From Verrucomicrobiia bacterium (GTDB lineage: Bacteria; Verrucomicrobiota; Verrucomicrobiia; Limisphaerales; DASXHY01): DNA of 64,000 nt. The stretch is from the NCBI GenBank assembly GCA_035629175.1, contig DASPIL010000019.1, positions 12,427-76,426 of the forward strand, written 5' to 3'. Below are positions 26,489-35,861 of the stretch, piece after piece. The notes under the pieces were generated by a model. It saw only the letters and a program-made list of their open reading frames with translations. It did no database searches and was not told the DNA's origin. Position 1 is the stretch's first letter. The number at the start of each line of letters is the position of its first letter. The translations under genes and the position numbers were made by a program.

Positions 26489-28195
26489 TCATGCGTGAAC
26501 GCCCTGGGTTTTCACCTTGCGACGATAAACCTTGTCAAAGCAGGTTGCGTAAAGGACATCGAACTTCTCGCCGCCAAAACACAGGTTGGTGATGCGGCCA
26601 TTGGGGGTGGGGATGATGCAGTTCACCCGGCCGGCTTGATCGCAAACCTGAATTCCAAGATTGGTAGCGACATACAACCGTCCATCGCGATCCACCCGCA
26701 AACCGTCGGCAGCCGAATCGTCGGCGCCATCTGCCGAGTGCAGCCAGTAAAAGCGCTGCTTCATCCCGAGGGTTCCATCGGGTTGAATCTTGTAGCTGTA
26801 AACCCAGTGCGACCAGTAGTCGGCGACATACAGCAGCGATTGGTCGGGTGAGAGCATGATGCCATTGGCGTAACGAATGCCGGAATCCACTTCCGTTTTC
26901 GAGCCATCAGGTCGAATGAGCCAAACCTTGCTCGGCGTGCGGTTGTTCGATCCGGGGTTCGTGACGTAGACGTTTCCATTTCGCGCCACGACGATGTCAT
27001 TGCCCGCAATTCCATCGGCAATCACGGTCGGGCTGCCGCCCTCGCCATCGTACGCGAGGATTTTTTGCTCGCCCGTGGCAACTGAATAGAGCCGCCCATC
27101 TGGGCCAAATGCCTGGCCGTTCGCGCGCTTTGTATCGGAAATGAACTCTGCCACTTTTCCATCGAGGCCAATGCGGTATGCCTTGCTGCTGGGAATGTCA
27201 GTAAAGAACACTTCGCCCTTGGCGTTCGAAACCGGGCCTTCAGTGAGTCGATACCCTTCAGCCACAAGTTCCCATTCTTCGCCTGGAATCAGAATGGCCT
27301 GTAATTGTTGCGAGCCGTTGCCTTTGCCAACCTGTTCGGGCCAGTCTTTCCACAACCAGCGCATCGCGTCCGGAAACACTTCAGTGCCATGGGCGCCGCT
27401 GTGTCCCCCTTCCCCCCAAACATGCTGGACCTCGTATCCGGAAAACGTGAGCGCGCGCTGCATCGCCTGGTTCGCCATCCACCAATCCCCGCCATAAATA
27501 TTCAGATCGCTCGAGCCGTCCTGCAGGAAGACCCTGATTCGTTTTGGTTCCGTCTTTCGAACCAGGGTTGAATAGCGATCGCCGCCCCTCAAGCCAACGT
27601 AGGTGCCTATCGCGCTGAACACGCGGCTGAAGGCGTCGGGCCGTTCCCAGGCAGCGGTAAAGGCGCAAATCGCGCCGCTGCTCGACCCGCCAATGGCGCG
27701 GTCGTTTGCATTCGTTGATAAACGAATGGCACGGCCGTCGCCGGTTTTCTTCGATTCCACATCGGGAAACAATTCCTCGATCAGGAATCGCGCATAGTTG
27801 TCACCCAGTCCGTCGTATTCGTAACTGCGGTTGAAACGATCGAGAGCAGTGTTGGTATCTGACGCCTTCACCCGCCCGGGCGTGACAAAAATGCCAATCG
27901 TGACAGGCATCTCCTTTGCATGAATCAGACGATCGAAAACTGCGGGTGCCTGCCATTGAATCCCGTCCTGGTTGACGTAAACGCACGCGACTGTTCCTGG
28001 ATTGTATTGGCCCGGGACGTAAATCCAGTAATCACGCTCAGTGCCGGGAAAGATTCTGGACCGATCGAAACTGAATTTCAGAATTTCGCCCTTTGGGATT
28101 CCTGTTTCACCAACTGAAGCAGTCTGTCCGGGGAGAGAAACAGCGGACGCCAGTATGAGTGCAGCGACAAAACTCCGGAGCGAGCGGGGGTTCAT
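26489..28195 (-). CDS. secreted fusion: esterase (alpha/beta hydrolase) + SMP-30/gluconolactonase/LRE-like beta-propeller
   Basis: Signal peptide. Esterase part DYWIYVPGQYNP...GGSSSGAICAF. Propeller part LTEGPVSNAKGEVFFTDIP...LYVATN. Confidence 0.8.
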   Translation of the reverse strand: MNPRSLRSFVAALILASAVSLPGQTASVGETGIPKGEILKFSFDRSRIFPGTERDYWIYVPGQYNPGTVACVYVNQDGIQWQAPAVFDRLIHAKEMPVTIGIFVTPGRVKASDTNTALDRFNRSYEYDGLGDNYARFLIEELFPDVESKKTGDGRAIRLSTNANDRAIGGSSSGAICAFTAAWERPDAFSRVFSAIGTYVGLRGGDRYSTLVRKTEPKRIRVFLQDGSSDLNIYGGDWWMANQAMQRALTFSGYEVQHVWGEGGHSGAHGTEVFPDAMRWLWKDWPEQVGKGNGSQQLQAILIPGEEWELVAEGYRLTEGPVSNAKGEVFFTDIPSSKAYRIGLDGKVAEFISDTKRANGQAFGPDGRLYSVATGEQKILAYDGEGGSPTVIADGIAGNDIVVARNGNVYVTNPGSNNRTPSKVWLIRPDGSKTEVDSGIRYANGIMLSPDQSLLYVADYWSHWVYSYKIQPDGTLGMKQRFYWLHSADGADDSAADGLRVDRDGRLYVATNLGIQVCDQAGRVNCIIPTPNGRITNLCFGGEKFDVLYATCFDKVYRRKVKTQGVHA

Positions 28196-28347
28196 AGGAT
28201 GCCAGAGCTTAGGTGAGTTGCACCTGCCGTCAAGCGGACACGCGCTTCGCGGAACCACAGTGATCTCGATCCCGTAAATGGGCTCTCGTCCGTTCGTGTT
28301 GCGCAGATGATAGGAGAAACGAGTGTGCTGGGTTATTCCAGGATAGC

Positions 28348-28404
28348 AGCGGTTTGCTCTCCCTCGCTTCCACTCGGAGTGGAGGAGAGGGCCGGGGAGA
28401 GGAG
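28348..28404. repeat. solo copy of hairpin element B from the 38812-39332 array
   Basis: ctccctcgcttccactcggagtggaggagagggccggggagaggaggagcttat matches the array sub-element at roughly 52 of 58 positions (hand alignment). Confidence 0.75.
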
Positions 28405-28477
28405 GAGCTTATTTCCGGAACTCTTCTTGCCTGATCTCGCTGGCCCAGCCAGCATCCAGACGTTCCACCCAGCTGCC

Positions 28478-29665
28478 ATGACACGATATCTCCTGCTCGC
28501 CCTGACCTGCGGATGCGTCCTGCTGTCGCCTTCGTGCCGGGCCGAAAAACCTCATCCGCGCACATCTCCTGGCATTGAGGCGTTTCCCCACGTTCAGGAT
28601 TTGTATGAATTCGCTGAGACCTTCCGCGCCAAATACGATCTGCCTGCGCTCGGCGTTGGAATTGTAAAGAACGGAAGGATCGTCGCACTCGGAATGGCAG
28701 GCGAGCGAAAGGTGGGCTCAGGGAATTGGGCGACGCTGCAGGATCGTTTCGATATAGCCTCCTGCGCGAAGCCGATGACCGCGACGGTCGCAGCGATTCT
28801 CGTTGAACAGGGAAAGCTGCGCTGGGACATGAGCATCCGCGAAATATTTCCGGACCTGTTGCCTTCGATACGTTCCAACTATGCTGACGTGACGCTCGAG
28901 ATGTTTCTCCGCCATCAATCGGGGTTGGAACAATGGATGCGCATCAACCAACGCTGGGCTCAGTGGCATCGCGATCACACGCATCTCAGCGCAACGGAGA
29001 AACGTCGCTTGTTCGCTGCAAAGGTTCTGAAGGATCCTCCTCGCCATCGTCCGGGAACCGAAGCGTATTATTGCAACGATGGATTCCTGGTCGCGGGCAG
29101 CATGATGGAACAGGTGACAGGCCGGGCATGGGAAGAGCTCGTGCGGCAGGAACTCTGGGAACCCCTCGGCCTCGGCAGCCTTCAGTTTGGAATCGTTCCC
29201 CAGGAGGAACCGGCTGCGATTGTTTGGGGTCACGAAAAAGGCTTTCTTGGCCGAACGCGGGGCATTCAGCCAAATCCCGGCGAATTTGGAACACCACCCT
29301 TTGGATCGCCGGGAGGATTTCTGTATGCATCGATTGTGGACCTCTTGCGATTTGTGGACTTCAACATCCAGGGCGCGAACGGCAATGGCAAATTATTAAA
29401 CCGCGATTCTTTTGAATTGTTGCACAGACCGCGTGGCAACGATCCGTTTGCGCTCGCGTGGGAGGTCGAATGCAAGCGGGACGCGCAGGGGCGAACGGTC
29501 GAGCGGAGCATCTATCACGGCGGCTACAGTGGGCGATCTCGATCCAACATGTGGTTCTGCCCGGAGTCGCAGACCGGCACGGTCATCGTTTACAATCACG
29601 GCGCAAGCGACAAGGCCGATGCGTACGTGGAAATCTTTTATGCGCTGCTGAAGCAAATCCGCTGA
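28478..29665 (+). CDS. serine hydrolase, beta-lactamase/transpeptidase-like family
   Basis: Signal/lipoprotein-like N-terminus MTRYLLLALTCGCVLLSPSC. SxxK motif SCAK. ATG 28478 confirmed. Confidence 0.85.
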   Translation: MTRYLLLALTCGCVLLSPSCRAEKPHPRTSPGIEAFPHVQDLYEFAETFRAKYDLPALGVGIVKNGRIVALGMAGERKVGSGNWATLQDRFDIASCAKPMTATVAAILVEQGKLRWDMSIREIFPDLLPSIRSNYADVTLEMFLRHQSGLEQWMRINQRWAQWHRDHTHLSATEKRRLFAAKVLKDPPRHRPGTEAYYCNDGFLVAGSMMEQVTGRAWEELVRQELWEPLGLGSLQFGIVPQEEPAAIVWGHEKGFLGRTRGIQPNPGEFGTPPFGSPGGFLYASIVDLLRFVDFNIQGANGNGKLLNRDSFELLHRPRGNDPFALAWEVECKRDAQGRTVERSIYHGGYSGRSRSNMWFCPESQTGTVIVYNHGASDKADAYVEIFYALLKQIR

Positions 29666-29678
29666 GGAGCGCAGCGGT

Positions 29679-30371
29679 TCAATTGGCGGTGATCGAAACC
29701 AAATCCGCCAGCTGCCACGAACCGTCTACTTGCTTCATCAGGAACCGTCGCGTTTTCCCTTCACCTTCATAATACAAATCCAGGAGCACTTCACCCGCAG
29801 CTGTCTCCTTCTTTTGAACCAGGGTGATCCCTGTCGCTTCAGCCGGGTTCAGCAGTTCGCCTATTCTGCGACGATATTCCGCCGAATGGAGGGCGTTGGT
29901 TTCGTTGACAGCGGAAAAGGTTCCGGGATCTGCGTCCTGTCCGAGCGCCCAAAGGGTCGTGATCATTGCTGATTCGGGATCATGGTATCCTGCGGGTTGC
30001 AGTTGATCTCGATCCCAGCGTGTCGCGGTTGACGCTCGTTGGGATTCGGGGAGCGCAGCCTCCAGCAGGCGATTGGTTGCCTGCAGTTGTTGAATCTCCA
30101 GCTTTCCCGCGAGCAGTTGTCCCACTTCATGGCGAAGGCGCAGGAGTTCCCTCAGCTGCGTCTCCGAAAGGCCGTGAGAACTGGACTCTTGCGCAAGCTG
30201 GCTGGACAGCGCTGCAGAACGCCTTTGAATCTCAGCCGCTTGTGCCTCCCCTTCCATTCTGGCCGCATCCGTGGCTTCAATTGCAGCGACGGAGTTTCGA
30301 TGAATGCGCCACGAGACGATGGCCGCCGAACAAACAATCAAACCCGCCAGGCAAAGCGTTGTTTTCTTCAT
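29679..30371 (-). CDS. membrane-anchored coiled-coil protein, hypothetical
   Basis: MKKTTLCLAGLIVCSAAIV anchor, heptad-like Q/L/E region, globular C-terminus. Starts 4 nt after the sigma gene stop. Confidence 0.55.
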   Translation of the reverse strand: MKKTTLCLAGLIVCSAAIVSWRIHRNSVAAIEATDAARMEGEAQAAEIQRRSAALSSQLAQESSSHGLSETQLRELLRLRHEVGQLLAGKLEIQQLQATNRLLEAALPESQRASTATRWDRDQLQPAGYHDPESAMITTLWALGQDADPGTFSAVNETNALHSAEYRRRIGELLNPAEATGITLVQKKETAAGEVLLDLYYEGEGKTRRFLMKQVDGSWQLADLVSITAN

Positions 30372-30375
30372 GCGC

Positions 30376-31770
30376 TCACGGTTGGCCTGCATTAGTGCCG
30401 ATGTGCTGCCGCTCCCATTCGGTAAAGTCTTTGCCTGCCTGCACATGCATTTCGGCGTGGCCATCAGCATACCCATAAACCTTTGCCCAACGATTCCCGT
30501 ACGGAATGGGTTCCTTCTGCCGCATCACAATGACCTTCTGCGGTGTTCGAACCGCGCTGATCGCACCTTGATAAACGATTTCAAATTGGTTCGCGGTTGA
30601 ACTGCCTGGCGCGGTTGGCTGCTTTGGGTCCAGTGCTGTCATCGAACTTGGAAACTGCCCGTTGTTTTTTCGCGAATACATGTAAGAAGCCATCAGCCAC
30701 TTCTTATTCTCAGCCATCGCTGCCTGAACTTGCTGCTGCTCGGCTTCCGTTGGTTCAACATCCGGAAGATTCGCGGCTGCCTGGTTGCGCGCTTTTTCAG
30801 CACGCAATGGCGCTAGCGAATTGGATTGCGAACGGAGTTTGGCAGCCGTGGTACGGAGGCGTTCCAGTTCGTCAGCGCGCCCGTTGCCATTGTGACTTCC
30901 GGCTGCAGCGGCCGCAAGGCGATCCTCCTCGGCCTGCATTCGGAGCAGCCGGTCCGACTCTGCCTGCAAGGCTTCCGCAGCGGCGCGCTCCCTCGCTGCC
31001 GAACGCTGGTGAATGATAAGGGGCGTCGCGATGCCGGCGACGACGAGGAGTGTGACAACGGTTTTTTGAATTGTGGTCATGGCGAGGATTTTTGTTGCGG
31101 CAATGAAGGTGGATGCGGATGCGGTGGTCCCGGCGATTGCGACACCCGAGATCACGGCTGCGAGACCAAGGGGCGCGGCGTGAACTGATTGAGCGGACAG
31201 TGCGACTGCGAGGCTGCTGCTTGCGATGGAGACGCCGCGCCGGGCGAAGATATCGCGAAGACGTTCCAAGGCGCGGCTCACGCGCTTCTGTGCTGCATCG
31301 TCGCTGATTCCGAGGGCCACTCCGACCGTTCGCAGATCTTGATTCTGAAAGTAGCGAAGCAGCACCGCGTTGCGATCGGGTTCCGGGAGTTCTCCGAGCG
31401 CAGCATCAAGGTGCGGGGCGATTCGTTCCCAAGACAACTCAGGCGATGGTGCGGGCAAGTCATTCATGGTGGCTGCCTCCTGTTCCCGTGCTCTGCGGCG
31501 GACCTCTGTCCGGATTACCTTTGCGGCCAGATTGCGCGCGGTGCAATGCAGCCAGCCGGCCAGGGGCCGTCCCATGGCGTTTTGGACATTTGCAGCGAGC
31601 GCGACGAAGACTCCCTGCGCGACGTCCTTTGCCGCGTGGGCGTCGCCCACCATGCGGAGCGCGGCCGAGTAAACCAAATCGACGTGCCTGCGGACAATCT
31701 CAGCGAAGGCACTTTCCGATCGCGACTCGGCGTAATCCGTCAACAGTTGCTCGTCCGTTTGGTTGTTCAC
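30376..31770 (-). CDS. ECF-type sigma-70 factor fused to TM helices, a coiled coil and an extracytoplasmic domain
   Basis: Region 2 (VDLVYSAALRMVGDAHAAKDVAQGVFVAL), region 4 (LPEPDRNAVLLRYFQNQDLRTVGVALGISDDAAQKRVSRALERLR), then two hydrophobic helices and about 210 further aa. GTG start. Confidence 0.8.
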   Translation of the reverse strand: MNNQTDEQLLTDYAESRSESAFAEIVRRHVDLVYSAALRMVGDAHAAKDVAQGVFVALAANVQNAMGRPLAGWLHCTARNLAAKVIRTEVRRRAREQEAATMNDLPAPSPELSWERIAPHLDAALGELPEPDRNAVLLRYFQNQDLRTVGVALGISDDAAQKRVSRALERLRDIFARRGVSIASSSLAVALSAQSVHAAPLGLAAVISGVAIAGTTASASTFIAATKILAMTTIQKTVVTLLVVAGIATPLIIHQRSAARERAAAEALQAESDRLLRMQAEEDRLAAAAAGSHNGNGRADELERLRTTAAKLRSQSNSLAPLRAEKARNQAAANLPDVEPTEAEQQQVQAAMAENKKWLMASYMYSRKNNGQFPSSMTALDPKQPTAPGSSTANQFEIVYQGAISAVRTPQKVIVMRQKEPIPYGNRWAKVYGYADGHAEMHVQAGKDFTEWERQHIGTNAGQP

Positions 31771-32006
31771 TCAATAGACAGTACCCGCGTTGTTAGGAAT
31801 CCGACAGGAATCACTCAGCGATTCGAAAGGAGCGATGGCAGGATGCGTCGTCGTTCAGGAAACGGCTGCGTGAGGGCGGAGAACCAGCTGTCACTCCCCG
31901 AACCGACAGGTCTTAAACTTCAGACCCGCCGGCCCCGTGCGTGCGGACGCTTCTTGCCAGTCCAAAGGCACTTGCCCGGCGTACTGCGCCCCCATAGATT
32001 GGCATC

Positions 32007-32234
32007 ATGATTGGAGATGTTCGCCAGCACTTGGAAGCGGTCCCATTTGAGCCATTCACAATTGTCACCACCAGTGGTCGCCGTTACCCAGTCACGACAG
32101 CAGATCATGGTGGGTCGAACCCGCAGGGTAGTCGGGTGGTCGTTTGGTTTGATGACGACAGCAGCGTCACGATTTCGGGGCTTCATATTGCTGCTATCGA
32201 GAAGGGGCAGACCAGTCGAAACGGAAACGGCTAA
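32007..32234 (+). CDS. small hypothetical protein
   Basis: 75 aa. The PFEPFTIVTTSGRRYPV...ISGLHIAAIE pattern resembles small beta-rich proteins I recall as recurrent in PVC genomes. Confidence 0.4.
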   Translation: MIGDVRQHLEAVPFEPFTIVTTSGRRYPVTTADHGGSNPQGSRVVVWFDDDSSVTISGLHIAAIEKGQTSRNGNG

Positions 32235-32407
32235 CGAGTTTGCTGGAGCGGCCGTATTTAGGTTCATCTGTCTGGTTCTTTCGCGAAGAAAAACGTGTCA
32301 GTCCAGGACTGACCCCTTCGTGGTTCCTTGAACTGACGACAACTCTTTCTGGAAGGAGACCTTCCTCCGCCACAGCGCCCTTAATGTTTATCACGTCTAT
32401 TCATTTT

Positions 32408-33499
32408 TCATTTGCTGCGGTGCGACGCGAGTGATGCAAGAGAGAGCACGCTGCTGAGGAGGATGAGAAAACCGGTAACAACGAGGGTGGGCGTGACTAC
32501 CTGCCAGGTTGATCCCCAACTCGGCGCAATAATCTGAAGCGCGGGTTCAACGAAGAGTGGTGACGAGACGGCCAGCGCCGACAACGTCCAGACGCGGCGG
32601 GCAGGAGTGTGCCATCGGCGTAGCTGCATTCCGCGTTCTGCCAGGATGAACAGCGGTTGGACGACAAAGAACGCGAGCCAGAGGAGGGAAATGCACCAGC
32701 GTTCCAGCGCCATCCAGGCAAGGAGGAAGTGAATGACGCCGCTGAGGGCAAAGGCGGCGAACATGGCTGAGCACGGGCCCGCGCGATGCTTCAGCGGATC
32801 GAACACATAAGCGCGAAAGATTTTTTCCGAGGTGAAGATGTTCCAGCGGCGCGTCCAAAACTCCGTGATCGAAGTTGAGAGATAGGGTGAGCGCATCAAT
32901 GTCGGTATCGTTGTCCCGAAGACTGCGCCGACAAGCGGCAGAGCAGCCGTGAGCATTTCGGCAAATGCCAGAATCAAAATTCCCCCGCCAATCCAACGCA
33001 GGATGAGCAAGCCAGGTTTCGCCGAAGCTGCTTTCGTGAGTCCGATTGTCAGCGCGAATACGGCCGTCGCGATCAGAAAGTGAATCAGTGCCTTTCGATC
33101 CAGACGGCGTTCAAAGCGCACGAAGCACTGCTGGCCTGCCCAGGTGAAAAGATAGGCAATTCGAGCGCGGGGATTTCTAATCGGCGGAACCATCGCGAGC
33201 GCAGCAGCTGAAATGAACGCCACGGAAGTCATCAGCATGAACAGTCCTCGAATGAGCGGCGGTTCGCGAAGCAGGCATGGCACGGACAGCAACAATCCGC
33301 AGGCCAAGACAGCGAATAGGGCGCCTGCTGGATGCGTTGCCAACAGGAACAGCATGAGCATTGACGCCGCCCACACGATCAATGCAGTTGCCGCGCAAAT
33401 CTGGATTGTTGAATGGAGGACGACGGAGATTCCAATCGCGCCTGCGATGCCCGTCACGGACCAGGCGGGAAAACTTCGTGACAGCGCGGGTTTGTTCAT
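32408..33499 (-). CDS. MBOAT_2 / wax-synthase-like membrane acyltransferase
   Basis: Polytopic. FWTRRWNIFTSE motif and a conserved His (GVIHFLLAW). Confidence 0.6.
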   Translation of the reverse strand: MNKPALSRSFPAWSVTGIAGAIGISVVLHSTIQICAATALIVWAASMLMLFLLATHPAGALFAVLACGLLLSVPCLLREPPLIRGLFMLMTSVAFISAAALAMVPPIRNPRARIAYLFTWAGQQCFVRFERRLDRKALIHFLIATAVFALTIGLTKAASAKPGLLILRWIGGGILILAFAEMLTAALPLVGAVFGTTIPTLMRSPYLSTSITEFWTRRWNIFTSEKIFRAYVFDPLKHRAGPCSAMFAAFALSGVIHFLLAWMALERWCISLLWLAFFVVQPLFILAERGMQLRRWHTPARRVWTLSALAVSSPLFVEPALQIIAPSWGSTWQVVTPTLVVTGFLILLSSVLSLASLASHRSK

Positions 33500-33563
33500 G
33501 CCGGTTTGAAATGAGACCGGTGCGGGGCGGTGCCGTCACGCGTGAAGGCGAATTCTCCGCCGA

Positions 33564-34277
33564 TCAGTTGCGCGGCGTTCGCGCATCTTTCAGCCATTGA
33601 ACATGACCGTCCAGCATGAGGCGATTGCGCCCGCCTGCATGGGCGCTGCGCCCTTTCATCGAGGCGGGAACTGCAGGAATGGGCGCAGGAAAATAGACGT
33701 CAACTGTGAGTTCCACTTCGGAGGGGCCATTCGGAATTCCAACCGTGGGATTGCCAGCGTCCTTCACCCGCATAAATGCATCATGCTCGCTGCGACCCCA
33801 GAAGTTATCGTCGGGAATCGGGTCATCGATGCGATCGAATCGCCACATCCAATAGCGAACTGTGGGCGCGTTTGAAGCAGAGTGAACGTGCTGCACCGCC
33901 TGTTCTGCATCCGCGAACGACGCCAGTTGCGCTCCGGGACAATTCCAGACTGAGACGGAAGGCAGTTGATTGCTCAACACCAATGCGGCCCACCCCGCGC
34001 GAGGGTCACTCTTGTCAGGCCATCCTGTCGTCCACGGTTTGAAACCGCCCGGCAGCGAGGATTTGAGATCGCGGCGGTCAGGGAAACGTCGTTCGTCGTC
34101 GAGGTAGATTCGCCAGGCAATGCCTTGTTGTTTCAGCTGGGAAATGCAGCTTGTGCGGCGCGCCAGTTGTTTTGCCCGCGAAAGCGCGGGGAGAAGCATC
34201 GCCGCGAGAACCGAGATGATGGCAATGACGACGAGCAATTCGATAAGAGTGAAGCCCTTCGCGTGCGCCGTTTTCAT
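33564..34277 (-). CDS. prepilin-type N-terminal cleavage/methylation domain protein with a C-terminal H-X9-DG motif
   Basis: [27 protein letters not shown]-terminal [13 protein letters not shown]. Confidence 0.85.
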   Translation of the reverse strand: MKTAHAKGFTLIELLVVIAIISVLAAMLLPALSRAKQLARRTSCISQLKQQGIAWRIYLDDERRFPDRRDLKSSLPGGFKPWTTGWPDKSDPRAGWAALVLSNQLPSVSVWNCPGAQLASFADAEQAVQHVHSASNAPTVRYWMWRFDRIDDPIPDDNFWGRSEHDAFMRVKDAGNPTVGIPNGPSEVELTVDVYFPAPIPAVPASMKGRSAHAGGRNRLMLDGHVQWLKDARTPRN

Positions 34278-34312
34278 GTGTGCATCGGAGGGTCAAGGCA
34301 GCGGCGCAGCGG

Positions 34313-35704
34313 TTACTCTGCGGGTTCCAATCGAATGATGCGATCGGGTCCATTCATGGCAAGATACAGCGCGCCGTCGGGACCCGTGACCACATCACGA
34401 ATGCGGCCGATGTCCTTGAAAAGAATTTCCTGCGATGTGACTTTCCGGCCATCAATAACAACGCGCCGAAGTTCTTGCGCGGCGAGTGAAGTCACGAAGA
34501 GGTTGTTTTTCCAACGCGGAAATTTGTCTCCCGTGTAGAACCCAATGCCGCAAACTGCGATTGATGGAGTCCAGTGGATGATCGGCTGTTCGAGTCCTTC
34601 TTTCGCGGTAAGGGCGGTGATTGGGGTGCCGTTGTAATCCATGCCGTATGTGATCAGCGGCCACCCGTAATTGACTCCGGGGCGGATCACGTTCAGTTCA
34701 TCGCCTCCGCGCGGGCCATGTTCGGTTTCCCAGAGATCTCCAGTGACGGGATGCGCAGCGAGGCCCTGAGGATTGCGGTTGCCGTAACTCCAGATTGTTG
34801 GGTAGGCGCCCGGCTGGTTGACGAATGGATTGTCCTGTGGGACGCGGCCGTCATCGAACACGCGGTGGACCTTGCCGTTGGGGCGGGACAGGTCTTGCGC
34901 ATTTTCTTTGTCGCCCCTTTCTCCGATGCTGAAGAACAGATGCCCAGTGTCAGTGAAGACGAATCGGCTGCCGAAGTGGACGCCGCCGCGTTTGTAGAAT
35001 TTCTCGTCGGCGCGAAAGATTGTTTCCTGATCCGTCCAACGGTTCTCTTTGATGCGGCCGCGGACGACCACGGTGAGGGCGCTGCCGTTGCTCAAGCCGT
35101 CGGCGTAAGACAAATAAATCCAGCCGTTGCTTGAGTATTGCGGATGAACTCCCACGGCGAGCAAACCGCCCTGGCCGCTGGCCCGGACTCGCGGGGTGCC
35201 TTCGACTGCAGGCTGCACTTCGCCGTTGTCGATGATTCGCAATCCGCCGGGAAGTTCAGTCACGAGCATGCGCTTGTCGGGCAAGAAGGCGATGGACCAG
35301 GGCGTTCGTAATCGTTCCGCCACGGTCTTGACTTGGAACGCGTGTTCCTTGCTGGCAACGCGTTGATCGGTTGAGGGGCGCGCAAAGTTCGCTTGCTCCC
35401 GCTGCGCATAGGCGCGCTTCTCGCGGATGAGCACCACCATTGCACGAATCTCGGCCTCGCTGAGGGCGGCCTTGAACGACGGCATTCCGTTGGTCACATA
35501 CCCTTCGCGGATTGAATGCGCGATGCTTGCGTCATCGTTGCCGTGCTTCCAGTTCTCGGTGAGCAGGCTGGGCGCCTGTCCGCCTTCCAGGTTGCGGCCG
35601 TGGCAATTGGCGCAGTTTTGGTTGAAGAATTGAGTGACGTCCGCGCTGAAGGCAGGCGAACAGCCGATAAGCAGCAAGGCCGCTGCAGAAAGCTTACGGA
35701 TCAT
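34313..35704 (-). CDS. PQQ-dependent sugar (glucose/sorbosone) dehydrogenase with an N-terminal cytochrome c domain
   Basis: Signal peptide, CANCHG heme motif, propeller motifs PWSIAFLPD..., NRNPQGLA, GPRGGDELN, NYGWP. ATG 35704 confirmed. Confidence 0.85.
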   Translation of the reverse strand: MIRKLSAAALLLIGCSPAFSADVTQFFNQNCANCHGRNLEGGQAPSLLTENWKHGNDDASIAHSIREGYVTNGMPSFKAALSEAEIRAMVVLIREKRAYAQREQANFARPSTDQRVASKEHAFQVKTVAERLRTPWSIAFLPDKRMLVTELPGGLRIIDNGEVQPAVEGTPRVRASGQGGLLAVGVHPQYSSNGWIYLSYADGLSNGSALTVVVRGRIKENRWTDQETIFRADEKFYKRGGVHFGSRFVFTDTGHLFFSIGERGDKENAQDLSRPNGKVHRVFDDGRVPQDNPFVNQPGAYPTIWSYGNRNPQGLAAHPVTGDLWETEHGPRGGDELNVIRPGVNYGWPLITYGMDYNGTPITALTAKEGLEQPIIHWTPSIAVCGIGFYTGDKFPRWKNNLFVTSLAAQELRRVVIDGRKVTSQEILFKDIGRIRDVVTGPDGALYLAMNGPDRIIRLEPAE

Positions 35705-35861
35705 GGATTGGGCTGAATATGCCGACCCGTGCAGCGCTGTCAAACACGGCGATTCATGACATGACGTGAGTAGAAATGGTTTGATCCACGGGGGCCCCGC
35801 GTGCGCGGGTTTGACCCCTGCGGCCTTGGAAGCCGGCGGAGAACAGGTTTGAAAACTTGCG

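Noticed and set aside
31771-31900. Candidate autoregulated ECF promoter upstream of the sigma fusion gene (a TGAAC ... CGCT-like spacing on the minus strand).
   Set aside because: The match to GGAAC-N16/17-CGTC type consensus is weak, and several alternative alignments are equally good. It cannot be supported without comparative data.
32100-32125. tRNA-like T-arm string (ggtgggtcgaacccgc).
   Set aside because: No acceptor, D or anticodon arms can be drawn around it, and it lies inside a plausible small ORF. I found no convincing tRNA anywhere in the window.
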